Shown piece after piece: positions 13,521 to 27,807 of a stretch of 64,000 bases of DNA. Where the stretch lies: NCBI GenBank assembly GCA_951406725.2, contig OX597834.1, positions 42,718,001-42,782,000 of the forward strand. The letters run 5' to 3'. The stretch is from Octopus vulgaris (lineage: Eukaryota). The first letter of the stretch is position 1. Every line of letters starts with the position of its first letter. A program made the translations under genes and the position numbers. The notes below the pieces were generated by a model. That model ran no database searches and was not told the DNA's origin. It saw only the letters and a program-made list of their open reading frames with translations.

Positions 13521-14274
13521 TCCCCCTCAAAGCAAAGGAACCATGGTGTAGCCCACTATGGTGTAGTAAACTTTCAGGCCCTAGTCTAGATTACGAATCC
13601 TCTGTACCCCAGGATGGTTCGGCTCTCCACCCGTTAAAAGCCACCGTTAACAGAATGAGGATAATGTAGCTTTCGCGTCCGTGCACCCGCCAGTCTATCG
13701 CGTGTGGTGGGTGGATCTTCAAGTTGCCACACGCACTCTTAGTAGCTTAGAGTAGGCTCGAATTAGAGATTATTCTTTTTGGCTAATGGCGTGAGTCCCG
13801 ATTAGAAGAAGAAGACTAAAACAGCAGCAACAGAACTAAAAACATAGCGGCACTGAATATTCCTGTAGACCGCTATTTTAAATATTCGGACCAAGAACTT
13901 AATGGTCTACTCAATAGATTTTTATTGCTTCCATTTAATGTTAAAGACTTTGAACCAAACCGTTCCATAAATTATATCTATCTGAACTTAAGTCAGTCTA
14001 TGGAAATGAAATCCGTACTTTTAACAAGTCGACCACACATCCAATTCTAAAGTATGTTCACAATAAATTGAACTGGGCATTGACATCGAAATAAGGGAAG
14101 ATTTGATATTATAAGACGCTCCGGTTTATTTTCCTTGCGGCGGCTAACATTTAACAAACAACTGCTTCATATGAATAAGCCCGAAGCTACAAATTTAAAT
14201 GCTCTAAATAACAAAAGATTCCGCCATCTTAAATCAAAACTGAATTCCCCTTTGTGAACTTGCAATTTAAATAC

Positions 14275-14342
14275 TAATATGCGTATATTATGTGTATATA
14301 TAAATAATATGTATATACATATATACATACGATATATAAGCA

Positions 14343-14379
<37 letters not shown>

Positions 14380-14428
14380 ATACTATATATGTGTCTTTAT
14401 GTATGTATGTACGTATATATATATATTA

Positions 14429-14469
<41 letters not shown>

Positions 14470-14705
14470 TATATAGTAAAGTAATTATATGTGCATATGT
14501 ATATAATATATATGTATATATCTATAATATATACGTATATATATATATATAAATATGCGTGTATATATGTGTATACATATATTTATATATTAATATATAT
14601 ACGTGTATATATAAGTTAATGTATATATGTGTTTATATATATATATATATATATACGTGTATATATAAGTATACGTGTATATATAAGTTAATGTATATAT
14701 GTGTT

Positions 14706-14736
<31 letters not shown>

Positions 14737-14962
14737 GCACATACATATACGTATGCACATATTCTCACATACAAATATATGTATATACGTATATATGTAA
14801 ATATATACATATGCATATATATATATATATACACATGCATATATACATACATATATGCATACATAATTATATATACACATATATGCATACAATTATATAT
14901 TGATACATATATATATATATATATATATACATACATAATTATATATATATATATATATATAC
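14275..14962. repeat. Compound TA-rich microsatellite
   Basis: Direct reading. Confidence 0.9.
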
Positions 14963-15416
14963 CTTTATCTCTACGTGTGCACGCACGCGCACACGAGTGC
15001 GTCGATGAGGCCAATAAAGAAAATGATGAAGGAGGAGGAAGAGGAGGTGGAGAAGTCTCGAAACAATCACCGAGAGTGAAAACGATGAGAAAAGAAAGAA
15101 AAAAAAGCGGTTTTTGCTAAACGTGATTGCAGTTGCGGAATCTTGAGGGATGGAAGAATCGGTCGAAGAAAGCAAACAATGGATAAGTAAATTGATGCAA
15201 GAAGAGAAGAATGGAAACAGTGGAGAAGTCTTAAGAAGCGGTGAAACAATATTAATGAGCTTCGTTGATTAAATTTACAGCGGGCCACTCTTTCCGTAAC
15301 GAAGTAGATTCCACCTTTTTAGTGGTTAGAATAATAGACATATACACTTGGGAGGATCGGGTCGTCCGCTTGATGCAAAAACTAACAAATCCAATAAGTT
15401 CTGTGTATGTGTCTGC

Positions 15417-15455
<39 letters not shown>

Positions 15456-15910
15456 TTATATTCGTAGATAAGTGAAATAGGTAATAATAAGTGCGTTGAC
15501 TACAAATTCTGGAGTGGTAAGACAAGATGGACGAAATAAGACAGAGAAAGACGGGGAAATGGGGAGGCGATAGAAATAAAGAGCCGTGTTTTAAAAACAA
15601 TATTCTGTTGAATTCCCTCTTTTACTTTTTGTCTTTTGTGTTTGCTTTTATTCAGCTATTTATACACGGCCCTTTTATTTAATTATGCTGCGAGAGAATT
15701 TTTCCAAAGAGTCGGAATAAAAGAAAACACGAAAAGTATGGCCGTAGATATGTTTGTACATACGTATCTGTCTGTCTGTCTACCGACTTACCAACTTCTA
15801 TATCTTGTCAATCTATCTAAATTTCTCTGTCTGTCTCTCTCTCTATATATATTATATGTTATATATAAGCTATATATATATATTATATATAAGTACATAT
15901 ATATATATTA

Positions 15911-15946
<36 letters not shown>

Positions 15947-16126
15947 TGTATCTATATACATAAATATATAATATACATATAAATATACACATACACGCAT
16001 ATACACACACATATATGCATACACATATATGCATACGCATTTATGCACACGCATTTATGCAGACGCATATATACGTACGCATACACACACATATATACAT
16101 ATACACACACTTACATACACAAACAT

Positions 16127-16160
<34 letters not shown>

Positions 16161-16552
16161 TATCCCTATTACCTTAATAAAAAGAAAAACCATTTTGCTA
16201 CCTCTCTTTTTCGTTTTAGTTTTTCATGTTCATTTTCTTTAGCCTGAAGCTTTAATAAATTTTTTAGCGGTTCACTAGGGCGGATGTGTGGCGGCGTTAA
16301 TGTGTAATGGAAGAGTAAAGCCAACATTAACAACACCTCTGCCTGTTCGACCTGTGTCCATTAGCCGCATATTGTCTATAACTACAACTCCCCCCACACT
16401 CTCTCTCTCACTCATTCACTTACATACACACACCTGTGTGTTGATGCTGGTTTTCTTCTATGTACAGTTATAATAGAAGCAATTTTACATTAATCGTCGG
16501 ATTATGGCTTAACTGACGAAACTTCGAAATCACAGTCAACAATACTTTTAAA

Positions 16553-16556
16553 TATG

Positions 16557-16601
<45 letters not shown>

Positions 16602-17396
16602 GAATATACATAAGTATATATATGTGTATATGTGTATATATATATATATATGTATATATATGTATATATATACATATATATTTATATATGTATGTATATA
16701 TATACATATATATTTATATATGTATGTATATATATACATATATATTTATATATGTATGTATATATATGTATATATATACATATATATTTATATATGTATG
16801 TATATATATATATATTTATATATGTATGTATATATATACATATATATTTATATATGTATGTATATATATGTATATATATTTATATATGTATGGATATATA
16901 TGTATGGATATATATGTATATATATTTATATATGTATGGATATATATGTATATATATTTATATATGTATGGATATATATGTATATATATTTATATATGTA
17001 TGGATATATATGTATGGATATATATGTATATATATTTATATATGTATGGATATATATGTATATATATTTATATATGTATGGATATATATGTATATATATT
17101 TATATATGTATGGATATATATGTATATATATGCATATATATATACATATATATATATATGTATGTATATATATGTATATATATGTATATATATATGCATG
17201 TATATACATATACATACATACATATACATACATATACATACATACATACACATACATACATATACATACATACATACATATATATATATATGCATACTTA
17301 CATATATACATATACACATACATACATGCATATACACATATTTATACATATACACACATATATACTTACATGCATATCTATATGCATGTATATAAA
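16553..17396. repeat. TA-rich microsatellite with ~30-bp higher-order unit (TATATATTTATATATGTATGGATATATATG)
   Basis: The unit recurs from about 16870 to 17120. Confidence 0.9.
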
Positions 17397-17708
17397 TTAG
17401 AGAAAAACCACTAATATGTAATTTAAACAATGATAGACATATACCAAATCATTAAAAAATAAAACATAACTAGATCACAAAATGTACAAAAATGAATAAA
17501 CAATATATAAGTAAAAAGACTACGTACGTTTCATGGCTATAATTTAAATTCGAATTACAATTAAATGAAAATTTAATCGAGAAACAACTAAATTTAAAAT
17601 TATAGTCACCCCTAGGTCAAATTCATATATCTTATGTATTTATATGTGAAATTTGATTTAATACTAAACTGAATTTTTCCCTGTAAGTTTGGAGTTATAC
17701 TCCCTAAA

Positions 17709-17751
<43 letters not shown>

Positions 17752-17759
17752 TATTATTA

Positions 17760-18502
17760 TACATACATATACACACGTACATATATATATAAATATGTAC
17801 ATACATATATACATGGATACATATATACATGTATAAATACATGCATATATACATACATACCTATACATATATATATATATATACATAAATATATATACAT
17901 ATATATATATGCATACATAAATATATATACACTCATATATATGCATACATAAATATATATACATTCATATATATGCATACATAAATATATATACATTCAT
18001 ATATATGCATACATAAATATATATATATAAATATATATACATTCATATATATGCATACATAAATATATATACATAAATATATATACATTCATATATATAT
18101 GCATACATAAATATATATACATTCATATATATATATATACATATATATATGCATACATAAATATATATACATTCATATATATATATACATACATATATAT
18201 ATGTATACATACATATATATATGTATACATAAATATATATACATTCATATATATATACATACATATATATATGTATACATACATATATATATGTATACAT
18301 AACTATATATATGTATACATCAATATATATGCATTCATATATATATATATACATACATATATATATGTATACATAAATATATATACATTCATATATATAT
18401 ATACATACATATGTATACATGCATATATATCTATACATACATATATATCTATACATACATATATATCTATACATACATATATATCTATACATATACATAT
18501 AA

Positions 18503-18539
<37 letters not shown>

Positions 18540-18570
18540 CACGCACACACACGCACACACATATATATAT
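17760..18570. repeat. TA-rich microsatellite with ~32-bp unit (ATACATAAATATATATACATTCATATATATGC)
   Basis: Direct reading. Confidence 0.85.
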
Positions 18571-19350
18571 AGATGAAAAATGCATTAGATACCACAAAAC
18601 GTACACAGGAAAGACACAAAACTACCCTAATTCTTCATCAGTTACCGACCAGAAATACTAATACTCAATTTCGTAACTGATGAAGAATTACGATCCTTCT
18701 GTGTCAGATCGATGTGTACGTCTTGTACTCTTTGATGCCTTTTCCATTTATTGAGTAACCGAACGCTACGCATTCCGACTTTTGTGAACATCAAGTTCTA
18801 CACAGACAGATATATATCGTTCTATCTATACTTTTATTGTCTCTATCTTTCTGTCTGTGTGCCTCCATTTTCTGCTTGCTTCAAACTTTTGTTTGTCTAA
18901 CCCTTAACCCCTATTATCAGTTTGTCTCGTTGCCCTCTCTCCTTTCATGTATCCCTATCTGCCCAGATATCTGTCTGCTTATTTGTCAATATTCTGTTTA
19001 TTTGTCTCTCAATCTTTCAGTTTGTTCCCGTTATGTCCTAAAGAAGGGAAACATCTTATTCCAGTGTTTAGCGTGTAGTTTGCGGCCCTTTTATAATGAG
19101 TATTCTCTGTCACTCCCAAAAGACTCCCTTTATCTAGTCCCTATCGGAAAGGGGTCACCTGATCTATAACTCCCTGAAGATTTCTCTCCTATTCACGTCC
19201 CTTAGCGAAAGGTCATACGCTCCCAATGTCGTTGCCTAAAAACACCTATCTTCACTCTATCTGCGTAAACTGTGAAACGGGGTCACAGATAAATATGTTA
19301 GGGAGCAGAAAAGAAACAGATAGATTGATAGATAAGGGCGCGATGTGAGG

Positions 19351-19381
<31 letters not shown>

Positions 19382-20913
19382 GGAGAGAGAGACAGACAGA
19401 TAGACAGACAGAAGAGGAGAGTATAGAGAGACGGAAACAGAAAGTGTGTGTGTATCAGAGCGAGCGAAAGAGAGTGAAAGAGAACAAGGAAGAGAGAAGA
19501 ACTGGGGAAATTGAAAACAGGAAGGGATTTTTTAGGGGAGATATTTGCAATGCAGGGGTGTGGGAGCAAATGCGGGTATTGGTGCAATTTCTTTTGGTAA
19601 TAAAGAAAACGCAAGCTGCTGCGGTAGGGGTAGTGGGTATTGTGGTAACAGCTGTGGTAGTGATGGTCGTAGTTGTGGTGATTGCGGTGCTAGTACTGGT
19701 TGTGGTGGATGTTGTGGTTGCGGTGGTAGCTGTGGTTGTGCCAATCTTGGTGGCAGTGTTTGTAGTGGTGCTGGTGGTGGCAGCAGTAGTTATGATGGCG
19801 AGGTGGTGATGTCTGAATTTCGATGGCATCGAAATTGTGATGGTAGTTTTGGTGGTGATGGTAGTTTTGTTAGCAATAGTATTAGTAGTAGCAGAAGTAG
19901 TAGTGGTAATCGTGATTGCAGGGTACTACTTTGGTGTGTGATCTATATGTTACGAAACAGCTTTGATATGCGATCTACACTTTATATTGTGATCAACAAC
20001 AAGCAAAGTTATACTTATCAAGATGTTCGTTCGATTCACCAATAAAATTAGCAAACTCGTTTCAAATTGGTTCATTCTAATTTCTTTTTAATAATAAATG
20101 TATAAAATGAATAAAAATGTCAATTCTCTATTTTTACTTTTCTAGCTGATGTTCGCTCGATTCGCCTATAAAATTAGTCAACTTCTTTCAAATCTGCTTC
20201 AATTTAGTTTTTTTTAAAAATAAATCTATAAAAAATTAAGAATGTTTTAAGCCATAATAAATAAATGAAACATGCAGATCGCATACCGAAGTAGAATTTG
20301 AGTGTTGTAGATCATGTTGGGTACATAGGTCGCATACCAAAGTAGCACCGATGTTTGTGTCTGTGTTTGTCCCGCCAACATTGCTTGACAACTGATGCTG
20401 GTGCGTTTACGTCCCCGTAACTTAGCGGTTCGGCAAAAGAGACCGATAGAATAAGTACTGGGCTTAGAAAAAATAAGTCCTGGAGTCGGTTTGCTCGACT
20501 AAAGGCGGTGCTCCAGCATGGCCGCAGTCAAATGACTGAAACAAGTAAAAGAGTAAAAGAGTTTATGGAATGTTTTTGTAGAATTTTCCGTTATTCTTCT
20601 GATGTGTTTAGGTAAGCAATTGAGTTTATGAGGATCTCCAAAATATCGGACAGGTAGCTACAATAGAATGATTTTATTCATGATCTCAAAGGTTGTATAT
20701 TTGGAAGCTGACACTATCAGCCAGTTCGAGCGTTAAAGATCTCTCTAACGCCGAAGTTTGGATCATGGCCGACCAGGATTTTTCCTATGTATGTGATAAT
20801 GGCTGTTATTTGTGCCAAGGTCGAACTACGACTTTGAAGCTCACTAAAAATTTTAATTAACAAAACAGCAATTATTGTGGTAACTCATATCAGCCCTGAT
20901 GTAACAACTCGAT

Positions 20914-20962
<49 letters not shown>

Positions 20963-21175
20963 TAATCACCGTGCAAAGCTATATTAGAAGCGAAAATATG
21001 GAAGAAAAAATAAGATAAAAGTGGTGCAAAATTGAACTAATTTCAGCAACTGGAAGAACTTTCAAAAGATCTCACCCCTCTCCCATCCTTTTATCTAGAA
21101 CTGCATGTCGCAATGCGACCTTTTTTAAAAAGGAATGATTGTGTGGTATAAACGCAGGAATGATTGTGTGGTATA

Positions 21176-21600
21176 GGCACAGGAGTGGCTGTGTGGTAAT
21201 TAGCTTGCTTACCAACCACATGGTTCCGGGTTCAGTCCCACTGCGTGGCACCTTGGGCAAGTGTCTTCTACTATAGCCTCGGGCCAACCAAAGCCTTGTG
21301 AGTGGATTTGGTTGACGGAAACTGAAAGAAGCCCGTCGTATATATGCATATATGTATGTGTGTGTGTGTGTGTGTTTGTGTGCATCTGTTTGTCACCCCA
21401 CCCCCAACATCGTTTGGCAACCGATGCTGATGTATTTACGTCCCCCGTAACATTAGCGGTTCGGCAAAAAAGCGACCGATAGAATAAGTACCAGGCTTAC
21501 AAAGAATAAGTCCTGGGGGTCGATTTGCTCGACTAAAGTTGGTGCTCCAGCATGGCTGCAGTCAAATGACTGAAACACGTAAAAGAGTGAAAGAAAGAGT
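21176..21600 (+). mobile_element. SINE-B, full length
   Basis: Complete head, body, microsatellite and tail. Confidence 0.9.
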
Positions 21601-21899
21601 AATCTAATGGCTATTTGGCTATTATTTCTAGCAATGTTCGCTACCATGTAGAGGCTTCTTGTTCGATTCGTTTTGTAATATGTCAACAGCAAGAAGAGGC
21701 AGAAGACCCAGTCCGCTTCTTCTGTTGACTCCTTGCCTGTCTGTATTATATACTCTGTCACCCTTGTCGAGTGTCTCCTGTCTCTCAACCCCAGCCCCTC
21801 ACACGTTAGTCTTCTGAGGTGTCACAAATTGCCTCGATTTCCTCGGTCCAAAGATCAAATCATTTGAATGGAAGTGTTAAGAAAAAAAAAAAGTTGCGT

Positions 21900-21914
21900 G
21901 TGTTTGTGTATTGT

Positions 21915-21957
<43 letters not shown>

Positions 21958-22680
21958 TGTGTTTGTGTGTGTATGTGATACCGATGAACTGTGTGCACGC
22001 ATAACTTTCTATGTAAGTGTGTATGAGTCCGCTGGTTAGTGAATGGGTTTGTATTTGAGTGTGTGTGTGTGTGTGTGTGTGTTTGATGGTTATGAACTCT
22101 GTGCACGCATACCTTTCTCTGATGGTGTGTGTATGTCTGATGGTGTGTGTGTATGTCTGATGGTGTGTGTGTGTGTCTGATGGTGTGTGTGTGTGTCTCT
22201 GATGGTGTGTGTGTGTGTGTCTGATGGTGTGTGTGTGTGTGTGTGTCTGATGGTGTGTGTGTGTGTGTCTGATGGTGTGTGTGTGTCTCTGATGGTGTGT
22301 GTGTGAGTGATGACAATGAATTATGTGCAAGCATATCTTTCTTTCTTAGTTTCTGTGTCTGTTGGTATGTGCGTGTTTATGTGTGTCACTGTGTGTGTGT
22401 GTGTGTGTGTGTGTCTAGACACATACCTTTCTCTGTAAGTTTATGTATGTGTCTGATGGTATGAATGTATTTATATTTGTGTGTGTGTGTGTATATATAT
22501 GTGTTTGGACACGCATAACTTTCCCTGTAAGTTTATGTACGTGTCCGATGGTATGTGTGTGAATGGATTTATATTTAAGTGTGTATATGTATGGATGTAT
22601 GTATGTCTACACGCACACCTTTCTCTGTAAGTTTATGTATGTGTCCGATTATATGAATGCGTGTGTGTGTGTGTGTATTT
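21900..22680. repeat. (GT)n tracts with CTGATG interruptions and diverged ~100-bp repeats (CACGCATAACTTTCT...GTAAGT)
   Basis: The motif recurs at about 21995, 22103, 22418, 22508 and 22608. Confidence 0.75.
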
Positions 22681-23364
22681 GAAGGTTGTTCTTATCTCCA
22701 TCCCAATCGCCACCTCTACCCCACCTCTTTTCTCTCCGTCCCACCATCTCTCTCCCTCTCTCTCTCTCCCATGAGTTTATTACCCTCAAACAGTGAGATA
22801 TGCATTTGCATGTATGCAAGTGTGCATGTGTGCACCAGCGCGCGCGAATGTGTGTGTGTGTGCGTGCGTGTGTATATATATATATATACATGTGTGTGCT
22901 CATACATATATGTTTGTATGGAAGCGCATACACGTGCCTATATTTTTCTTCGCATTATCCGTGAGGACGTTCGAAATCGTAATCCACGAAGTAACAGCGC
23001 CACTAAGCGACAATAACATCGAACTACACACGCAAACACAGACGCACACACAGACGCACACACAGACGCACGCACGCTCACACAAATATATAAACACACA
23101 CGCGAACAGTACCCACACATGTGCGTGTAGCTTATTGTTTATTTACGTAAGTATACAAATACATACACACACACATGTACATAGAGAGGGAGAGAGGGAG
23201 AGAGAGAGAGAGAAGGAAAGTGAGTGAGATACACACACACATGAGTTAAATGCGTATACATGAGGTTGTTGTGCATTTGTGTATCTGCATATACACACAT
23301 ACAAATACACATGAATGAAGCCTGATATCTCAGTACATCCATACACACATACATACATATATGT

Positions 23365-23975
23365 ATATCTGTTTGTCAATCTATCTATCTATCTCTCCGT
23401 CTGTCCTATCTATCTATCTATCTCTCTATCTGTTTGTCTGTCCATCTCTCTATCTGTTTGTCTGTCCGTCCGTCTCTCTAACTGTTTGTCTGTCTGTCCG
23501 TCTCTCTAACTGTTTGTCTGTCTGACCATCTCTCTGTGTCTGTCCATCTGTCCATCTCTCTGTCTGTCTGTCCATCTGTCTGTCTGACTGTCTGTCCATC
23601 TCTCTGTCTGACTGTCTGTCCATCTCTCTGTCTGACTGTCTGTCCATCTCTCTGTCTGTCTGTCCATCTCTCTATCTGTCTGTCTGTCCATCTCTCTATC
23701 TGTCTGTCTGTCCATCTCTCTATCTGTCTGTCTGTCTATCTGTCCATCTGTCCACCTTTCTATCTGTCTGTCCATCTCTCTCTCTATCTATCTCTCTGTC
23801 TGTCCATCTCTCTACCTGTCTGTCTGTCCATCTCTGTCTGTCTGTGTCTGTCTGTCTGTCTGTCTGTCCATCTCTCTGCCTGTCTGTCTGTCTGTCTGTC
23901 TATCTGTTTGTCTGTCTCTCTATCTATCTGTCTGTCTGTCCATTTATCGATCTGTCCGTCTTTCTGTCTATCTAC
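23365..23975. repeat. (CTGT/CCAT/CTAT) tetranucleotide satellite with 24-bp unit
   Basis: CTGTCCATCTCTCTGTCTGACTGT-type units. Confidence 0.9.
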
Positions 23976-24408
23976 ACACACACAAAGCGAAGGTGTGCAT
24001 GTTATTTACTCCTGCTGACAAAACAATTAACATTGTCAATAACTCCCTCCGCCCCCCCATTTTAAAATAATGTTTACGCCAAGGTTGTCAATGTTATTGC
24101 TGTTGGTGTTGTTGTTGTTGTTTAGATTCAGGTTAGACACGATCGCCTAAGCCTGACATCAAAAGCATTCCAGCCGTAACAGTCTCGTCGCTTTCTCCCC
24201 CCCCCCCACTCTCACACACTATGTCAAGGACTACATCCTGCAAAGTTCCTTCCGTTTTTTAAGACAGTTGTGTACATTTTGGTGAAGATTTAGCTGCTAT
24301 ATCTAGCATGTCAAGTGACTACTTGGTGTTTTTTTCCGTTTTTCCATTTTGTATTTAAAATGAATAATGTCGCTGAACGTGCAAGAAAGAGTAACCTATC
24401 GATTGGCA

Positions 24409-24670
24409 GGCGCAGGAGTGGTTGTGTGGTAAGAAGCTTGCTTCCCAACCACATCGTTCCAGGTTCAGTCCCATTATGCGGCAACTTGAGTAAATATCTT
24501 CTACAGAAGTGGCTGTGTGGTAAGTAGCTTGCTAACCAACCACATGGTTCCGGGTTCAGTCCCACTGCGTGGCATCTTGGGCAAGTGTCTTCTGCTATAG
24601 GCTCGGGCCGACCAATGCCTTGTGAGTGGATTTGGTAGACGGAAACTGAAAGAAGCCTGTCGTGTGTATG

Positions 24671-24707
<37 letters not shown>

Positions 24708-24945
24708 ATGTGTATGTGTTTGTAACCCTAGCATTGCTTGACAACCGATGCTGGTGTGTTTACATTAGCGGTTCGGTAAAAGAGACTGATAGACTAAGTA
24801 CTGGGCTTACAAAGAATAAGTCCCGGGGTGCTCCAGCATGGCCGCAGTCAAATGACTGAAACAAGTAAAAGAGTAAAGAGTATAGCCTCGGGTCGACCAA
24901 AGCCTTGTGAGTGCATTTGGTAGACGGAAACTAAAATAAACCCAT
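24409..24945 (+). mobile_element. SINE-B nested inside an older SINE-B
   Basis: The outer copy breaks at ...TCTTCTAC (24504) and resumes at TATAGCCTCGGG (24881); the inner copy spans 24505-24880. Confidence 0.8.
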
Positions 24946-25384
24946 AGCATGTATATATAATTTTATAGTGAATAGATTAGAGACAGGTGTTCTCTGTAGA
25001 GAATACACTTCGTAGTGCGGTGTATTTTTCGTTTGTCACTGTTATTTATGACATCGTTGGTGAATTTGTACTGATTTCAGCTTTAAGGGATTAGGATTAG
25101 AGTTATCATAAATAGCAGTGACAAATGAAATGTACACTGCCGGAAGTTCTTGTTGACAAAAACAACAGCAGTAATTTTATTCAGCTGAATACACGTCATT
25201 GATTAGTTGAAATTACCGAAACACTACAACTTTAACGTGAAATAACTTCCTAAATATAAGCTTTTCTCAAAAATGCTAAGAGTAAAAGATGTTTTATATG
25301 ACACATTCTACCAGTGTCTGAAGTTTGAAAGTGTTTAGTAACAAAATCTTTTTCTTAAATCTATCGGTCAAAGGGTATAAAGAT

Positions 25385-25545
25385 CCAAATATTCTGCTGA
25401 ACACCACAGATTTTCATGTGAGTTACCTGCTCTTAACCAGTTGAGCATATATCCCTTAGCAGCTCACGTGTGCATTTCTGATCAGGAGTAGTGGGTGAGT
25501 ATCATAGCCATGAGTTGTGATGGATTCGTAGGGATTTGAATAAAT
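25385..25545 (+). mobile_element. Diverged fragment of the LINE-type 3' UTR seen at 59745-60306
   Basis: AAATATTCTGCTGAACACCACAGATTT...CTTAACCAGTTGAGC aligns by eye with 59837-60000. Confidence 0.65.
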
Positions 25546-27286
25546 GTAACGAAAACAAGGTTGAAAGGAAATATTAGCTATTCTTCATACTTAGAGGTAA
25601 GCAAATGGGAAATAACTGTGCTGCCCAGGGACAAAAATCGTGTTACACAGTCTAATGAAAGAGGCTCGACTTTTTAGCAGTTAATCTTTTTGTTCTCTGT
25701 CTCTTTAATTCCAGTCGGTAATTGTGTAATTAGTGGGAGATGTGACTACTATGTGCAACAAGTAGGGTATCATAAATTTTTCTACAGTAATTATCAGCTA
25801 GTAAGTATAAAAAAAACATATATTATTTAATGAGAGATCGAACCCGCATTGCGAAACCTGGTTTGCTCGGTGAACTTACTGCCCATCCACGCTGCTGGCT
25901 CAGTAATGTTATATAAAGTCTATTAAATTACTTTATCGGTAGAAACCATTGTGGTGAGAAGAATTCTTTGAATCGGAACTACGCTAAGTAAGTTTAATCC
26001 GAAAGGTTAACATCAAGCTGAAGCTGAAATGTAGTGTAATTTCTCCTCTCTATCTTTATTCCAATAGAAATATCCACTGGAGGGGCCACTTGAATGTTTC
26101 TGTATTTACGGCAAATTTACAGAATGTACGGAGACGGCAGCAATGTTGGGTAATATATGGAAATTTTCCGAAATTATAGATTTACGCGTTTTAATGTGTT
26201 TTTCTAATGCTTGTTACTGCTGTAGTTCAGGAGTAATTTGTAACTCTTGGAAAGAGAGAGAAAAAAATGCCTTTGGCAAGACATACTTTAAAAGTAAATG
26301 AGCAAAAGCTACAAGACCATTCTTCAACTCTGAACTATAACGAAAGAATTTCATTGTCGCGAATGGAAAGCAATAAGCAAGTATGCTTATATAGTGAACA
26401 AACAAACGAAAAATGGGGGGAAAAAGAGAAGGAAAAACCGAAGAAAATAAACAAGAATAGGAAAGAAAATAAAATAAAAAAATGAGCGTATATTTTACAT
26501 TACGTCCAGATGTATTTTTCACGACGAAAAATCTGTCGATTTATCAATAGGGCATTTTTTATCTGCTATTGAATAATAAGAGGTTCAAATGAAAATGGCG
26601 AAAAAATCACATTTTGACCGCTAAGTAACCTCTGGTTTGCTTCAGAGGCAAAACCATCTTGATGCCACAAGAGGTCGGCGATGCGATGATGGACGATGTG
26701 TGGAAGGGGTCGGTGGTGGTCATAGTGGGGATGGTGAGTGGCCGGACTGAAGAAGAGCAGGAGAGGGAGAAAGAGAGAGAGAAAAGAAAAATAAGTGGAA
26801 GAAAACGCGTGGCTTATTTAGAGTAATATGACATTCGTGGAGCTTTTAGCCATTTTGTTATCAACCAAAGATCAGCCACCACCACCACCACGGCTGTAAC
26901 AACACCAAAGCAACAACCACAACAATAATAATATAATAATAAAAAAAATTACGCTTCGGAAAAGAAAAAAAAAACCCACCACTTCAATATACGTATGAGC
27001 AAATATACATAAAATGATAAAGCTTATATTCACCGTTCAAAACTGTAGCAATATCACAATATAAACTTGGCCACCTTGACGATTTAAAGTCATACAATAT
27101 TACACGAAGTTTTCCGTGTTTCACCTGCTTTACGTCATCAAGTTTAAGATATCGCTCCACCTGGATTTCGACTAAATCAGGAGGAAGAATATTGTTCGAT
27201 GTGGGTTGGATGGATGTGCATATACACAAATGCATACACACACAATCGCAAATACCAACGTGCATGTGGATGGGTGTATATATATA

Positions 27287-27676
27287 CTCTTTTACTTGTT
27301 TCAGTCATTTGACTGCGGCCATGCTGGAGCACCGCCTTTAGTCGAGCAAATCAACCCCGGGACTTATTCTTTGTAAGCCCAGTACTTATTCTATCAGTCT
27401 CTTTTGCCGAACCGCTAAGTGACGGGGACGTAATCACACCAGCATCGGTTGTCAAGCAATGCTAGGGGGACAAACACAGACACATAAATATATATATATA
27501 TATACTTATATACGACAGGTTTCTTTCAGTTTCTGTCTACCAAATCCACTCACAAGGCATTGGTCGGCCAGGGGCTATAGTAGAAGACACTTGCCCAATG
27601 TACCACGCAGTGGGACTGAACCCGGAACCATGTGGTTGGTAAACAAGCTACTTACCACACAGCCACTCCTGCACCT
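27287..27676 (-). mobile_element. SINE-B, full length
   Basis: Reverse complement of the 21176 copy. Confidence 0.9.
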
Positions 27677-27755
27677 ATATGTATATAAGAATTTTTTGCC
27701 TAATGAGATAAAAAAACCAAGGCTGTGTAGATATTAGAATATTTATAGATAGAAG

Positions 27756-27807
27756 GTCTTACAGCTGTTTCCAGGATCTTTATTAATTATATCCCTTCAT
27801 CGGAGAC
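27756..27807 (-). ncRNA. Hammerhead-like motif (U4>C variant) with palindromic stem III
   Basis: Minus strand: gtct-CCGATGA-agggat...atcctg-GAAA-cagctg-TA-agac. Confidence 0.6.

Noticed and set aside
19345-20045. Overlapping Val-, Thr- and Gly/Cys-rich ORFs
   Set aside because: Degenerate (GTG/GTA) trinucleotide sequence open in several frames.
20021-20245. Diverged ~125-bp direct duplication
   Set aside because: Ordinary old local duplication with no further structure.
26030-26650. Possible DNA transposon (Kolobok-like) end
   Set aside because: Only one terminus-like segment; no matching inverted end or TSD identified.
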